Positions 43,184 to 55,759 of a DNA stretch of 64,000 bases are shown in pieces. Source of the DNA: Octopus vulgaris (Eukaryota). A program made the position numbers and the translations under genes. A model generated the notes under the pieces. The model saw only the letters and a list, made by a program, of their open reading frames with translations. It was not told the origin of the DNA and made no database searches. Location of the stretch: the NCBI GenBank assembly GCA_951406725.2, contig OX597817.1, forward strand, positions 29,946,001-30,010,000, written 5' to 3'. Position 1 is the first letter of the stretch, and the number at the start of each line of letters is the position of its first letter.

Positions 43184-43452
43184 AACTTCAACTGTGCAGC
43201 TGAAAACCTGCTCTATGAAATTACACGCTCAGCATGTGAAGAAAGCTACATTGGACAAACGGGATGCTCTTTATGATAATGCATGACGAGAATACATATT
43301 AATAGGAATCAGTAAACTTATAGAAGCGTGAGCAGGTAAGAAACAACCAAAGTTATTATTTCGACCTGTATGTATTTAGTCATTAAATAACGCAGCAACA
43401 ACGAATCAATAAGGAGAAAAACTTCCACAACTAAATATCAACCATTTTTAGA
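43184..43452 (+). pseudogene. Penelope-like element GIY-YIG endonuclease remnant
   Basis: Hand translation from 43184 gives NFNCAAENLLYEITRSACEESYIGQTGCSL*, matching the PLE pattern C..N.IY.I.C..C...YIGQT. It is not in the ORF track because of stops. Confidence 0.8.
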
Positions 43453-44547
43453 TACTTGTGGCAAAGAAAGGGACACAACTATTGGCAACTCTACTGCAAC
43501 ATGTGCTAAATTTCATGCAGCTACTACTAGTGTGACTGACATAAATATCTTTTACATCAACTAACAATTCTGATTCTTCTGCTACAGAGCCATATATGCT
43601 ACTGCTTCTACAGCCAGCTACCCCAGCGGTTGTCACTGCCACAAACACCAAAACCTAGTCACAATCAGCAGCAGAGTTGATATAACGAAAAGTTATTGTA
43701 ATATAATTTATTTCAGTTTACTTTTCCTTTTATTTCAACATAACTAAATGGTCTTTATAAAGTCATCGAAAACTCTTGCACATTTGACTAAAAGTAAGTA
43801 AATACCTACTTTAATCCATGATAAAATTCGTAAAAGCAGCTTTTTCGTTTTGCTTCTTTTTAAAATAAATTTTCTTCTGTGAAACCTCTTAAACTTTTTA
43901 AGAACTATCTCTAGATCTATAACTATATCTATATCTATATCTATACAAACAGATATGTGTGTGTATGTATGTGAGCGCGCGCGTGTACATATATTGCAGA
44001 TCATATTTATTTACAATACTGCAAGTGCTTATGCTGTGATTAAATCTACGATAGCGCAATCTCTAGTGCATTGCTCACATTTTATAAACCACACTTACAC
44101 ACGCACACACACACTTAAGGTAAATTGTCAAATCTGCTTAGGCATCATTTGGAATACCTTGTGGTATTGATTCTGATTTTCTATATTCTGTATTGGATGA
44201 AGGTCTGTTTCATCTTTTGTCGTTTTGGGGCTGATAAATTAGGTACCATCCCAGGGCAATATATTAATCCAATAGTTAGAGCCTCGAACAAGCAGCTTTG
44301 CAATCTGTTCTGATTACTTTTCTTTTTTTTATTAATACCGCTACCAAGATGTACCGGCACATGCCTTTGCATAAAGCAACATCGGTAAAAAAATCAAAAA
44401 CAAAATCCTTTAGAGTTGTAGCTTACTGAGAAATTTTCCAGGTGCAAATCGATAATCACACGAGATATACGGAGGCTAGGGCCATATACATATACATAAT
44501 GGAAGCATAATATAAATAATATATACATACATACATACATACATACA

Positions 44548-44622
<75 letters not shown>

Positions 44623-45849
44623 TTACATATAAATGGTATACACCTCGAAACGTTCCCAACAACGAGAATTTCCCGGTAAATATATATATATATATAATTT
44701 TAAAATAGGATAAAATCTTTATAAGAATTTATCAAGTTGTTAGAGTGAAAAGCCTCATTACGGAAAAATCTATTAATATATATATATATACATGCATACA
44801 TATAGCTTACTGTTACGTAAAGGTAAGATCAATAAAAAGTGCTCTATCTGATGAGAGATAAATATTGTTTAATGAAAACAGTATATATTTTTATGGGCTA
44901 CTAATAGTTTCATGCCATGTAAATGACACAGATAGCATTTAATAACGATTCTGGTGCCTTCATGTAATCTTCAGGCTGTGCTCACATGCCATATACAGGG
45001 TAAAACAGAACGAGAAAATAAGAGAGATTGCGAGTGCAGTCAAGAAGAAAGTAGATGTAAATGGCAGAACGGTGAAAACACCTGAAAATGAAAGGAAAAG
45101 GTAAAAAGTAAAAAGAAAAACATAAAGGGTGACTAAGAGTTATGTCGCTTTCGATCGTAAAGCCATAATAAGGCTGAACAATTCTGGGTCTATAGTCTGC
45201 GTTACAGTCACTCAATTCGGGAAGGGTGATATTTTTCAATTCGTTAACAGGAACTTTTCCAAATGTTTTCATCTGCTGAAAATTTCAGATCTGGAATTCA
45301 GCAGTGCGGTGAAGCTCTTAGATTTAAAAAGTACTTTCAGCTACAAAATCGGTTTCAACAAAAATTTCCCGTTTTTCGGTGATAGATCGTTGAAAATTGA
45401 ATTCACGTGGAAATATTGTTCTAAAATGCGGGTTTCTTTCACGTTAGTGATATTTAGCATAAGAAATCTTTTTAAAGTATTATATAAAAATTATAAAACA
45501 ACAATAACTAATGAGTTGATTAAATAATTAAAGAATAATATACAATCAAAGCTTTGTAGTTTTTTTTCACTTATTTCTCGATGTCTAATTGCTGCTCGTT
45601 TTAGATATATCACTCGATGTGGCTTTAAAATAGAAAGCATCTCTGTTTTTCTTTTTAAATGCGTCCCTAGTTCCTTGGTTCCCTGACAGACGTTTTCTTT
45701 ATAAATTTCACGATAGCAAGCGTGAGATATATTTACATCTGCAGTCACTTCTGTTTTTTTTTAATCTTTAGAGTAGAAAATATCAACTAATTATTATCAT
45801 GGGAAAAGGATTCATCAAACCGTTTAAAAGTAAACGGAGTTTGGGTTCT

Positions 45850-46700
45850 TAGGTGTTGTGCAGTTTTTTATAACATTCTTCCACTTCAATAAAGTCTTCG
45901 CTGCGAGCACTTGGTCTTGTGATTGAAACACCTCATTTATGTTATTCGTAGAAACATCAAGGGTCAACAGTTCAGTAATATCAACGATCGCTTCTGTTTC
46001 CGAACAATCTCTATTGGTTCTATGGATTCTTCAAAATTATCAATAAATTGAGGGTAGAGTTTATTCTAAACGTTTTTCGCATTTTTTTCCGTGTAACTTT
46101 CTTCGAGGTTCCTTTTTATTAGTTTTACTGTATACAGATCCCTGAATGATTATCCAAAATCCCTTTGGTATTGGGTCTCCCTCCTTATCAATAACACTGT
46201 GATCAAATGTGTGCTGAAAATAATGTGCTTAACACATCGCAATAAAACCATGATCCATCGGATGCAAAAGTGACGTTGTATTTGACGGTATAAACATTAA
46301 TCTAATATTTAGAGGTGATATAGTAGATATTGTGGATGACATGATACATTATCTGCGATCTGTAGCACATGAAACGCAATATTTTACCTTCACGATATTT
46401 TTCAACTACGGCTACAAAGTGATACGAAAACCAATGTTCAAACAGTGAAGCGGTAACCCAATTTTTTTTTATATTTGCTTTTATAAGACTAGAAGTGTAG
46501 CTTTTAAGAACCATTTAATTGCCTTTAGATTTTCGGCAGGCTACAGAAGCAAATTTTAACTTACAGTCAACAACTGCATTACCGCCAAATTCTATCATTA
46601 ATCGATCTTCAGCTACTTAGAAATCAGGTATCGAAGATTTCCTCTTTTTTCAACATAGCTTCTTACTGGCAATTATTTTCTAAAACAAAATTGGATTAGA
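45850..46700 (-). pseudogene. Highly decayed pogo/Tigger-type transposase
   Basis: Minus-strand pieces EDRLMIEFGGNAVVDCKLK, NWVTASLFEHWFSYHFV, IADNVSCHP and MFIPSNTTSLLHPMDHGFIA (cf. pogo/Tigger FLPPNTTSLLQPMDQG). Boundaries are approximate. Confidence 0.8.
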
Positions 46701-47232
46701 TATTATCAGTAGAGTTGCTCCTTTTTTGTTTTAAAATTCTCAACACACCTTGAAGAAGTCGTTCCCTTCAAATTTTAAGGATAGTTTCAGTTAATCAAAG
46801 GTTATTTGGTCAATATCAATACATTGAGATTCTGTCCTACGCGCGCGCGTGTATCGTACAGAAGTAGAATTTGACGAATAAGGTATTTGCATAACGCTTT
46901 AATGGGTAGAAAAATTAAATTAACGTTTCAGACTTAAATTAGAGGAAGAGTGGCATACAAGGAGCAGGAACGAGAATTGTCTTGGAAAATATACGGATGC
47001 AGCGTTTGAGACCAAATAGGAATGCTATTGTATGGATCCCAGCACTAAGTGAAATAGCGAGAGAAAAAAGTGAGGTACTTGTTTAAAAAGTTACCTGAGG
47101 AGATGCAAGCTGCACCTGCGATGCAAGACGATTGGTTGTACAGTATCTCACCTGCAAGTAACAGGTGCGAGTTGAGTCAAAACAATTGTAGTGGCTTTGA
47201 ATAAAGAATCTCATGAGAGATCGATCTATCGG

Positions 47233-47291
47233 TAGATAGATAGATAGATAAAGATAGATAGATAGACAGACAGACAGATAGAGAGATAGAG

Positions 47292-47364
<73 letters not shown>
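47233..47364. repeat. (GATA)n microsatellite
   Basis: Read directly. Confidence 0.95.
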
Positions 47365-47535
47365 TTCTGAAACAAATACACAGTGTAATTGTTATGGACT
47401 TTGTAGTTGAACTCAGAAGCTCTTCAAATTATAAACTTTCATTTCTTTAGCTTGGCATATTTCAATTTCTTAAGCCTTAGTTGCGGTAGATACGGTATAC
47501 CACGTTATTCACAAACACACGTTCACCCTCGTTAT

Positions 47536-48447
47536 ACATGCTGATCCACCCACTCATCTGCACATTACAAAGATGACAATAGCGCTACAAATAGATCGTT
47601 AGTTCCATAACACCAGCATAATTTTGGAAGCCTGTACTGTTTTATGTGGCAATTTTTAGGGTTAGTTTAGAGAAGCCTTTTTTTCACACCAATTTCTACT
47701 CAAGGCTGCAATGAATTTAGCAAGCTGAAAGTTCATTTTACTGTACTGTTGCTGCTTACAACATTAAATTGTTCTATCTGTTTGCTATTCGTTTACATCT
47801 CCGTGGAGGCGCAATGGCCCAGTGGTTAGGGCAGCGGACTCGCGGTTTCGATTCCCAGACCGGGCGTTGTGAGTGTTTATTGAGCGAAAACACCTAAAAG
47901 CTCCACGAGGCTCCGGCAGGGGATGGTGGTGATCCCTGCTGTACTCTTTCACCACAACTTTCTCTCACTCTTACTTCCTGTTTCTGTTGTACCTGTATTT
48001 CAAGGGGCCGGCCTTGCCACTCTCTGTGTCACGCTGAATCACCCCGAGAACTACGTTAAGGGTACACGTGTCTGTGGAGTGCTCAGCCACTTACACGTTA
48101 ATTTCACGAGCAGGCTGTTCCGTTGATTCGGATCAACCGGAACCCTCGACGTCGTAACCGACGGAGTGCTTCCACTCCACATACTGATTCACCCACTCAT
48201 GTACACATTACAAAGATGACAATAGCGCTACAAATAGATCGTTAGTTCCATAACACCAGCATAATTTTGGAAGCCTGTACTGTTTTATGTGGCAATTTTT
48301 AGGGTTAGTTTAGAGAAGCCTTTTTTTCACTCCAAGTTCTACTCAAGGCTGCAATGAATTTAGCAAGCTGAAAGCTCATTTTACTGTACTGTTCCTGCTT
48401 ACAACATTAAATTGTTCTATCTGTTTGCTATTCGTTTACATCTCCGT
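47536..48447 (+). repeat. 269-bp direct repeat pair (47536-47804 and 48179-48447) exactly flanking a SINE
   Basis: Both copies run acat.ctgat.cacccactcat...gtttacatctccgt, with about 8 substitutions counted by eye and no indels. Confidence 0.93.
47805..48178 (+). mobile_element. tRNA-derived SINE, family B, full length (tRNA-Arg-like head)
   Basis: ggaggcgcaatggcccagtggttagggcagcggactcgcggtttcgattcccagaccggg... The 3' end gtcgtaaccgacggagtgcttccactcc differs from the family-A tail. Confidence 0.9.
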
Positions 48448-49120
48448 AGACTGAAACTCGCAGCCATGATTGTTCTGGTCATATGTTTATACGACCAAAG
48501 CAATTAACTGAGAAATCTTTAATTAAAAAGTGAATTGAATTGAAAAACCGAGAAGTAAATAATTGTTTTGGCCCTGTGCACAGCTGAACATTAGCGACAA
48601 AATATGAATGGCCAGCTCTTTTGTTGGGTGTCTGCTGCTCTATTAACAAGTATTTTGCAAGTTCGCAGATATTGACAGACAGTTATTTAGTAAACTCTTC
48701 ACTAATTCAATTTACTTAAAAATCTTATCTCTCCCTTTCTTTCTTTCTTTCTTTCTTTCTCTCTTTCTTTCTCTCTTTCTCTCTCTCTCTCTCTGTCCCT
48801 TTTTCTGTCATAATCGATTTTCTTCAGTGGGACATAAATAGTTTAATTACCAAATTGATAAAATCCTGAAGTCTAGCTACAATTAAGCATCAAGTTTTTC
48901 ATGCCAAAAACAAAAAAAAAAGAAGAAAAGGTAGAAAAAATAACAAACACAAACACTGCTCATGCATTTATGATTACACGGCTGAATTGTTTGAAACGTA
49001 GGTAATATATTTGATACATAGCTTATATATATATATGTTTTCCACAGCAACACAAACTGTAAATTTTTTCTTTATCACATTGTAAATTTCCATAAATTTA
49101 GTTCTCTTTAAAAGTTACCT

Positions 49121-49352
49121 ATTTCTTTTATTGCCCAAAAGGGGCTAAACATAGAGGGTACAAACAAGGACAGATATAGGTATTAAGTCGATTACATCGA
49201 CCCCAGTGCGAAACTGGTACTTATTTAATCGACCCCGAAAGGATGAAAGGCAAAGTCGACCTCGGCGGAATTTGAACTCAGAACGTAACGGCAGACGAAA
49301 TACGGCTACGCATTTCGCCCGGCGTGCTAACGTTTCTGCCAGCTCGTCGCCT
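49121..49352 (-). mobile_element. Family-C SINE with a ~15-bp target-site duplication
   Basis: Reverse complement of the family-C consensus. ctttaaaagttacct occurs at 49106-49120 and 49351-49365. Confidence 0.92.
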
Positions 49353-49759
49353 TTAAAAGTTACCTGTCTTTTACTGGACACTGTAATACTAAATAGCTAG
49401 AGCCCAGGTGTCAGCAATATAAAACCTTGACTTACTAATCTATATATATATAAACATGCATTTATATGTAGCACACACGCGTGCGCGCGCACACACACAC
49501 AAACGCACGCATACACACACACTCAGAGAAACCCATACATTTATAGTGAGAGGGAGAAAAACTAGGAGAGGAAATGAAAGAGGGTAAAATGAATATAGAA
49601 TGTTTTTGATGGATGTACTCCAGAATGACCACTGCTCAATAATTGTACTTACTAGAAGAGTAACAGCTGTTTGCAAACACAAATATGTACTCACAGAACA
49701 CTCACACGTATACACACACATAATCATATGAATAAATATTACATATTTATTTGATGTAA

Positions 49760-49822
<63 letters not shown>

Positions 49823-50319
49823 ATAGAGTTTTGATATTTAAAAAAAATTAGTCTAAAGCAACAAATTGTTCTTTATAAATGTTATTTCCAAAGAATTCTT
49901 CCAAGAGAAGGACATTACTGTCTTCAGAAATTTCAATAATCAAATAAAAGTATAGAAAATTGACTACAATTAATGTCCCTGTCTTCTCTTTCGTAGGACA
50001 CTTCATTATTAATGCTATTAGCATAGTTGCTAGATTCTTTTGATTCAGAAAACTTTACAAAATACATTTATTGATTGTGAATCTTGAATCTTCAAAGAAC
50101 TATAAATTTATTGCAGACATTTTTACTTTCCTAGGTTTAAACGTGTATATAACTCAGACCTCAGATGGTTTTACTCAGAGTCCAGAAATGGTTTGTCTTG
50201 TTAACCCCAGTTTTCTTTCTTATCTCTTTTCAGAAAACATAAGTGAGGTCTTTTCTTCTACCTCCTTGTGTTTTTATGCAGACCAAAATACAGAAGTAAT
50301 CAGTTGAGTGAAGCAATAT

Positions 50320-50760
50320 TTTTGTTCGTTCGTCATTGTTGACGATAACCAAGGACAACACATGGGAGAAGAAAATGGAACAAGGTGTGTCTGACCGTGA
50401 CCAATCAGTCCGAAGCATGATTGAAAGGATCTGCCACAGGTCGGGCACTGGTGGTCTGTAGGAACTGAAAGCAAAGAGCTAGAATTTTCTTCATGCCCCA
50501 GCGAATCCTGTTATTTCTAGGAGGCGAAACTTTCGTTGGTGCAGTTTTGCCAGATAGGGCTGTTTTGTGTCGGGGTTGATCTCAAAACTCTTCATTGATG
50601 CTCTGAATGTATTCTTGGCGTGCTTTTTATGTCCACCTTGTGTTTCCTTGCCTTCAACCAACCAGTTCACTATAAATGAGTCTCTTGGGGAACTGCAGGT
50701 CAGATATTTGAACAAGGTGGCTTGTCTACCTATTTAGTGTTCTCCTCAGTTGTGCGTATA
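50320..50760 (-). mobile_element. 3' fragment of a second, decayed RTE LINE
   Basis: LVEGKETQGGHKKHAKNTFRASMKSFEINPD and the zinc-finger-like HQCPTCGRSFQSCFGLIGHGQTH, then a 3' end gtcaacaatgacgaacgaacaaaa. Confidence 0.78.
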
Positions 50761-52759
50761 TGCTTGACAGCAATATATTGGTCAAACAAACGGCATGTAA
50801 AAATATGAGTTCTGTAGTATATTAGTTTAGACTGTTCTACATCACTTTATATATTCTTCATGTAAAACCAGCTGATCATTATTTGAGAGATACCTAGCTA
50901 AGCGTTTAGAATGTAAAGCTTGTAATCCCACATAAAAGGGATATTGTTGTGGGAGATACGAGTGGTGCATTAAAGAGTTTGTAACTATGTAGCCCCTTCT
51001 CTACTTATTCGATGTAACCCCCTTGTCTATTTATCCGACTATCAATGAAACCCCTTGTCTATTTATCCGATTATTAATAACTTACCACTCATCAGTATAC
51101 CATCATTTTTCAACGATAATTTCAATATGACTATATTATCCAACATTACCTTAATTTCTTTAGCAAAAATGATTTTAAAGAGATTTGGTATCTATTTCTA
51201 GTAAGGAAAGTGAATGCACAGAGGCTTCCTATTTGACATGGTAACATACATGCGGAATAACTTTTTAGGTAACACTTCCCTGGTTCATCAATATCCTACT
51301 TGATATAGTTTGTTGATGAACACATTCCTCCTTATGCAAAGATAGACAGCTTAGATTCACTACAATGAGTCACAAATACTTATTTAATTTTGCTTACAAC
51401 ATTGTATTATTTCTCTTATTCTGCTTCTTTATCTATGTCGCTACCAAATGACTAGAAAGTTTATTTTTTTCAACAGTTCGCTTAATGTGTATCATACCAC
51501 CGGGCCACAATATCAATAATGTTACATGAACTGATTATTCCTTATTTTAGAGACCAATACTTTACCTTTAATCATTAGGAGAATCTCTACGAGGTTGTTC
51601 AATCCGATAAAAATATCATTAAAATCCCCTTTCTTTAAACTCTACTATTTTAAACATGGAAAAATGAGTGTATAAAAAATGATGTGATACTCATGAGGGT
51701 TAATGCATTTAACAATAGGCCTACTTGACTCACTCTGATTCAGCACTAATTAACTATAACTATTACAACAGCTATACAATCTTCTATGTTATTATGCTTC
51801 TTTGCATTTTAAAGTAGCTATTTCACGCGATTATTGGCTATTCAAGACAGTTTTTACACCATGGTTGAACAATTTCAATCATTTATGACTGTAATATAAT
51901 TTCTGTAAACGTCTTTATTCAACTAAAAGTCTTAGTTCTTTCATCTTATATAAAAGAAAACAAATCACACTGATAGTTACTATGCTATTTCATCCTGTTT
52001 TAACTTGCTTGAAGGCACAACACTCTATTTACTGTGAAGTAGGCAACAATAATATTTAGATACAGAATACACCAAAAACAGTGTATAGTACTCCAGCCAT
52101 GTATTCATGAAACAGTGAAGAAATAAAAAAAAAATGAATTGGAAAACGCTATTGCCAACACTACCTATTTTACAAAATTCCTCCGTAGAATTGCAGGAAA
52201 TCTTCAGAGAATTCTTATTTTAATAGTACCAAGACGTTCGTTCATTTTTCATAATAATAATATCCTAAAGGTAAAATGATAAAGTAAAAGAAAAATAACA
52301 ACGAATATGGTTATAAGAAAAACTACTTCACCAACTGCCATAGTTTAAACACCACCAACATCACTGTCATCATGACTACCACCACCACCACCACCACCGG
52401 CGCCGCCGCCGACACCACCACCACCAACAACAACAACACTAGCACTTCTTTTGGTTGTGTGCATCTATTGGAATGAAATTGGTTATACTTTTTGGTAATG
52501 TACTTGAATCTCTGGTTTGTTTCAAATGACATCACTGGCTTCAGCACTTGAAATGGGCATATGGAAATGTTCCAGAATATTTTCTACAGTCGAAATAGAA
52601 AATTAGAAAATAATGAATAATAAAAAGGAAAAAGAAACAAACAGGAAGAATAAATTCTACTGAATAGCTGGTAATAGATAAATGATGAAGTTATTCAGGG
52701 TTTTATTTATGTATTGTATGACGTGTGTATGTATGTATGTATACATTCATGCATGTATG

Positions 52760-52819
<60 letters not shown>

Positions 52820-52854
52820 TATACATAATACATATATATACACACATACATATA

Positions 52855-53070
52855 TAGTCAATTCAAAGGACAAGCAATTTAAAAAAACGAGAAAAAAAAG
52901 GAAAAAACCGAACGTGAGGACGTGCACAGTGAATATATTAATTTGAAGCTCGGCGAAATGAGAGAGTTGTTAACGTTTCGAGCATTGCTCTTCATCGGAA
53001 AGAGAAAAGTCCAAAGAGAAAGAAGGAAGAATAAGGAAAAATTACCAACATTCCATGTGCGGATACATTT
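52855..53070 (-). mobile_element. Penelope-like pLTR fragment with a variant minimal hammerhead (52969-53002)
   Basis: Homologous to 57526-57745. The minus strand reads ttt-CCGATGA-a-gagc-aat-gctc-GAAAC-GTT-aac. Confidence 0.68.
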
Positions 53071-53083
53071 CTATGCATGAATG

Positions 53084-53962
53084 TATCGAGTGTTCAGGCT
53101 AAATTTGAATGTTTGCATAATAAGAAAAGAAAACACGATATCCCATCCAAAAATAAAAAGATAAAAAATAAAAAAGTATCAACTAGATTATGGCTGGGAG
53201 ATAATAGTTTACTCAAAGTAATCACCCTCAACTTCCAGCACAGCTTCAAGATGGTTCTGGAACCTGGCGTATGCGTTCCACAATGTGTCCCTGGGAATTT
53301 CGTCAAACAACTTCTCTATCCTGACCACCATCTCAGCCTTGGTGTTACAGTCAGAGAGGTTGATGTCTTTCTCAGCCATGCCCCACACATGCTAATCCAT
53401 GGGATTAAAATTGGGAGAATTATCAGGCTAGAAATTGGGAGTGGTGAAGTTGTAGAAATTTTCTGAGAACAACTTCTGATTTTTTTCTGGAGGTACGACA
53501 AGGAACCGAAACCTATTGCCACATATGACCTTCCAGCAGCAAACCCCTCCAGCTAGGGTTTGACCAGAGTCTTCAGCAACTTAACACAGCCGCCTGAATT
53601 GAACCTAAAGCCTTGTTCAAAAGAACGAAGTAGTATTATGTTACCCTCACTGGAGACACACTTAAAGACCATCAGAATTTGGGAGGACTTATTTTCTTGA
53701 TATGCGGGACAGCACTTGGATTGCAGGCAACTATTCACAGTAGTCATGATATCGGTATTTCGATACCCGGCACAAATCATTTCGATACAGGCAACTCTTT
53801 TCCGATATTCAGATGGCTTCCAATCTTCCATGTCAACAAACATTTTCTCAGCTATAACTTCCATCTTTATGCTCTCCTTTGCCGTTAACAATTTACCCAT
53901 CAAGCAGTTCCTGATAAAAAAGCGGAACAAAAATCATGAAATTTACAACAAACATCCTGTAT
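53084..53962 (-). mobile_element. Internally deleted, decayed Tc1/mariner-superfamily element, probably DD37D (maT-like)
   Basis: MEDWKPSEYRKRVACIEMICAG, MVFKCVSSEGNII, FSENFYNFTTPNF*PDNSPNFNPMD*HVWG, RFQNHLEAVLEVEGDYFE. The second Asp region is mutated, so the spacing is approximate. Confidence 0.75.
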
Positions 53963-54002
53963 GCATGTTTGTATGTAAGTAAGTATATATAAATATATAT
54001 GA

Positions 54003-54072
54003 CAACCATGATTGTCACACGCTGATGAAAGGTAAACACCTTGAAACTCGGGTACGTGTGTATCATGTGTTG
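54003..54072 (+). ncRNA. Type I hammerhead ribozyme, canonical core
   Basis: Stem I cacacg(54016-21)/cgtgtg(54055-60), extended by catgat/atcatg and caac/gttg. CTGATGA at 54022-28. Stem II aaggt-aaac-acctt. GAAAC at 54043-47. Short stem III, then the GTA cleavage triplet at 54052-54. Confidence 0.88.
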
Positions 54073-54232
54073 AAGACGGGGAGGATGACTCCCCTTCACA
54101 AATACTGAGAGGACACAGATAGTGTGTCTATAGCCAGCTGGAGGAGATATCTTCCTGGGGCTACAAACTACAGTAGCATCCACCCTTATGGGTAAGCCAT
54201 ATTCAAATGGCAAATATGCGTCACTATATTTA

Positions 54233-54264
<32 letters not shown>

Positions 54265-54418
54265 CCGGGGTAAACACATAAAGGTGAAACAAGGTGGAAA
54301 AAAGAGTACTCAAATACCAGGGGTAGAGTAATATGCTTTATTTAAAGCAGCAGAAATTAAACAATACCTGTTACTCCGAGTAACAGGTTTTGTTGAATTT
54401 CTGCTGCTTTTAAATAAA

Positions 54419-54425
<7 letters not shown>
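54265..54425. repeat. ~85-bp near-perfect palindrome (~54335-54420) in a Penelope-like fragment between (TA)n tracts
   Basis: ctttatttaaagcagcagaaatt.aacaa.acctgttactc-c-gagtaacaggt.ttgtt.aatttctgctgcttt(t)aaataaag. Confidence 0.88.
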
Positions 54426-54495
<70 letters not shown>

Positions 54496-54537
54496 TGCAT
54501 ATATGTATATAAATATATATGTATGTGTGTGTGTGTG

Positions 54538-54660
54538 TTGATAAAAATGGTAAGACAACAAAAGAATGAAAGAGACCTCGATATTATGTAGAGGAATTTA
54601 TCTGTAAACGTAATATGTAACAATTATTCGGTAGCCATGATAAAACTCCGAGTTAACGAC
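54538..54660 (-). mobile_element. Fragment of the same Penelope-like family as 57763-57980
   Basis: ttgata.aaatgg.aagacaacaaaagaatgaaagagacctc...ttattcggtagccatgataaaactccgagtt. It stops at the hammerhead stem III palindrome. Confidence 0.72.
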
Positions 54661-55014
54661 CATAACTGTCCGTAAAATGCCGATCGAAAATTCTAAGTAC
54701 TGACGGCAGTTTCGGCAATTTCCGTTGCGTCATCTATTCAGCCCGCTCGATTGTTCGACATTTTCCGGACCCGCTTCTTTATTAGTATTTATGTTTCCGT
54801 CGTCCAAATTATTGGATGATTTAGTAATTCGCTAATGTGTATATAAAATTAATATAAACAGCAGTTTGCTATGTTTCAATAAATTGGAGAATTATAATTG
54901 TCACTAAAAGTGACTAGGGTGTTAGGAAACACCTACATTACTAGAAACAAGAGCTAAAACGCTCTAATGCTATAGTTACTGCTGCGTTATCATATAAGTC
55001 CGCTTGCTATATAT

Positions 55015-55430
55015 ATATATAAAATATAAATTAGAGATAAAACCACTATTGTGCAACTCAAACAGTGATAGACATAAACCAAAACATAAATTACAAATAA
55101 AATATAATTTTATAAAACATATAACTAGATCTCAAAAAGTATAAAAATGAATGATCAATATATAATAATAATATTCTTTTCTACTTTAGACACAAGGCCC
55201 GAAATTTCGGGGAAGGGTGCCATTCGATGAGATCGCCGCCACTACACAACTGGTACTTAATTAACGACCCCGATGAATAATATGTATTGATCATGCATTT
55301 TTATACTTTTTGAGATCTAGTTGTATGTTTTATAAAAATATATATTATTTGTTATTTATGTTTTGGTTTATGTCTATCACTGTTTGAGTTGCATAATAGT
55401 GGTTTTATCTCTAATTTATATTTTATATAT
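55015..55430. repeat. ~150-bp inverted repeat pair (55015-55165 / 55281-55430) with a family-C SINE fragment (-) in the spacer
   Basis: aaatataaattagagataaaaccactatt...ctagatctcaaaaagtataaaaatg and its reverse complement. The spacer contains cacaaggcccgaaatttcgggg...aactggtacttaat. Confidence 0.88.
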
Positions 55431-55517
55431 TTATATTGTGAAATTTGATTTAATACTAAATTGAATTTTTCCCTGTAAGTTTGGAGTTATACTCCCTAAT
55501 ATTATGTATACATACAT

Positions 55518-55571
<54 letters not shown>

Positions 55572-55759
55572 CAATATTCAGTTTCATTTATCATGTGGTC
55601 ATTCAGGTGCATCGTCTTCAAGGGTTTAGTTCACGTTATCAACCTCAATACATAGTACCTGTACCAATTTGCTGCTTATTATATCCTTCTATTATAATCA
55701 AATTCCTCAATTATACATTTTGAATTAACACTGGTGTTTAATATTGTGTGTGTTTTGTG

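Noticed and set aside
47805-47870. tRNA-like sequences here and at 39688, 35706, 36191 and in the satellite
   Set aside because: Each continues into a SINE body and lacks a complete cloverleaf, so these are SINE heads rather than tRNA genes.
52323-52590. Possible minus-strand host exon after a pyrimidine-rich AG
   Set aside because: The only open frame gives an unrecognisable peptide that runs into a (GGT)n microsatellite.
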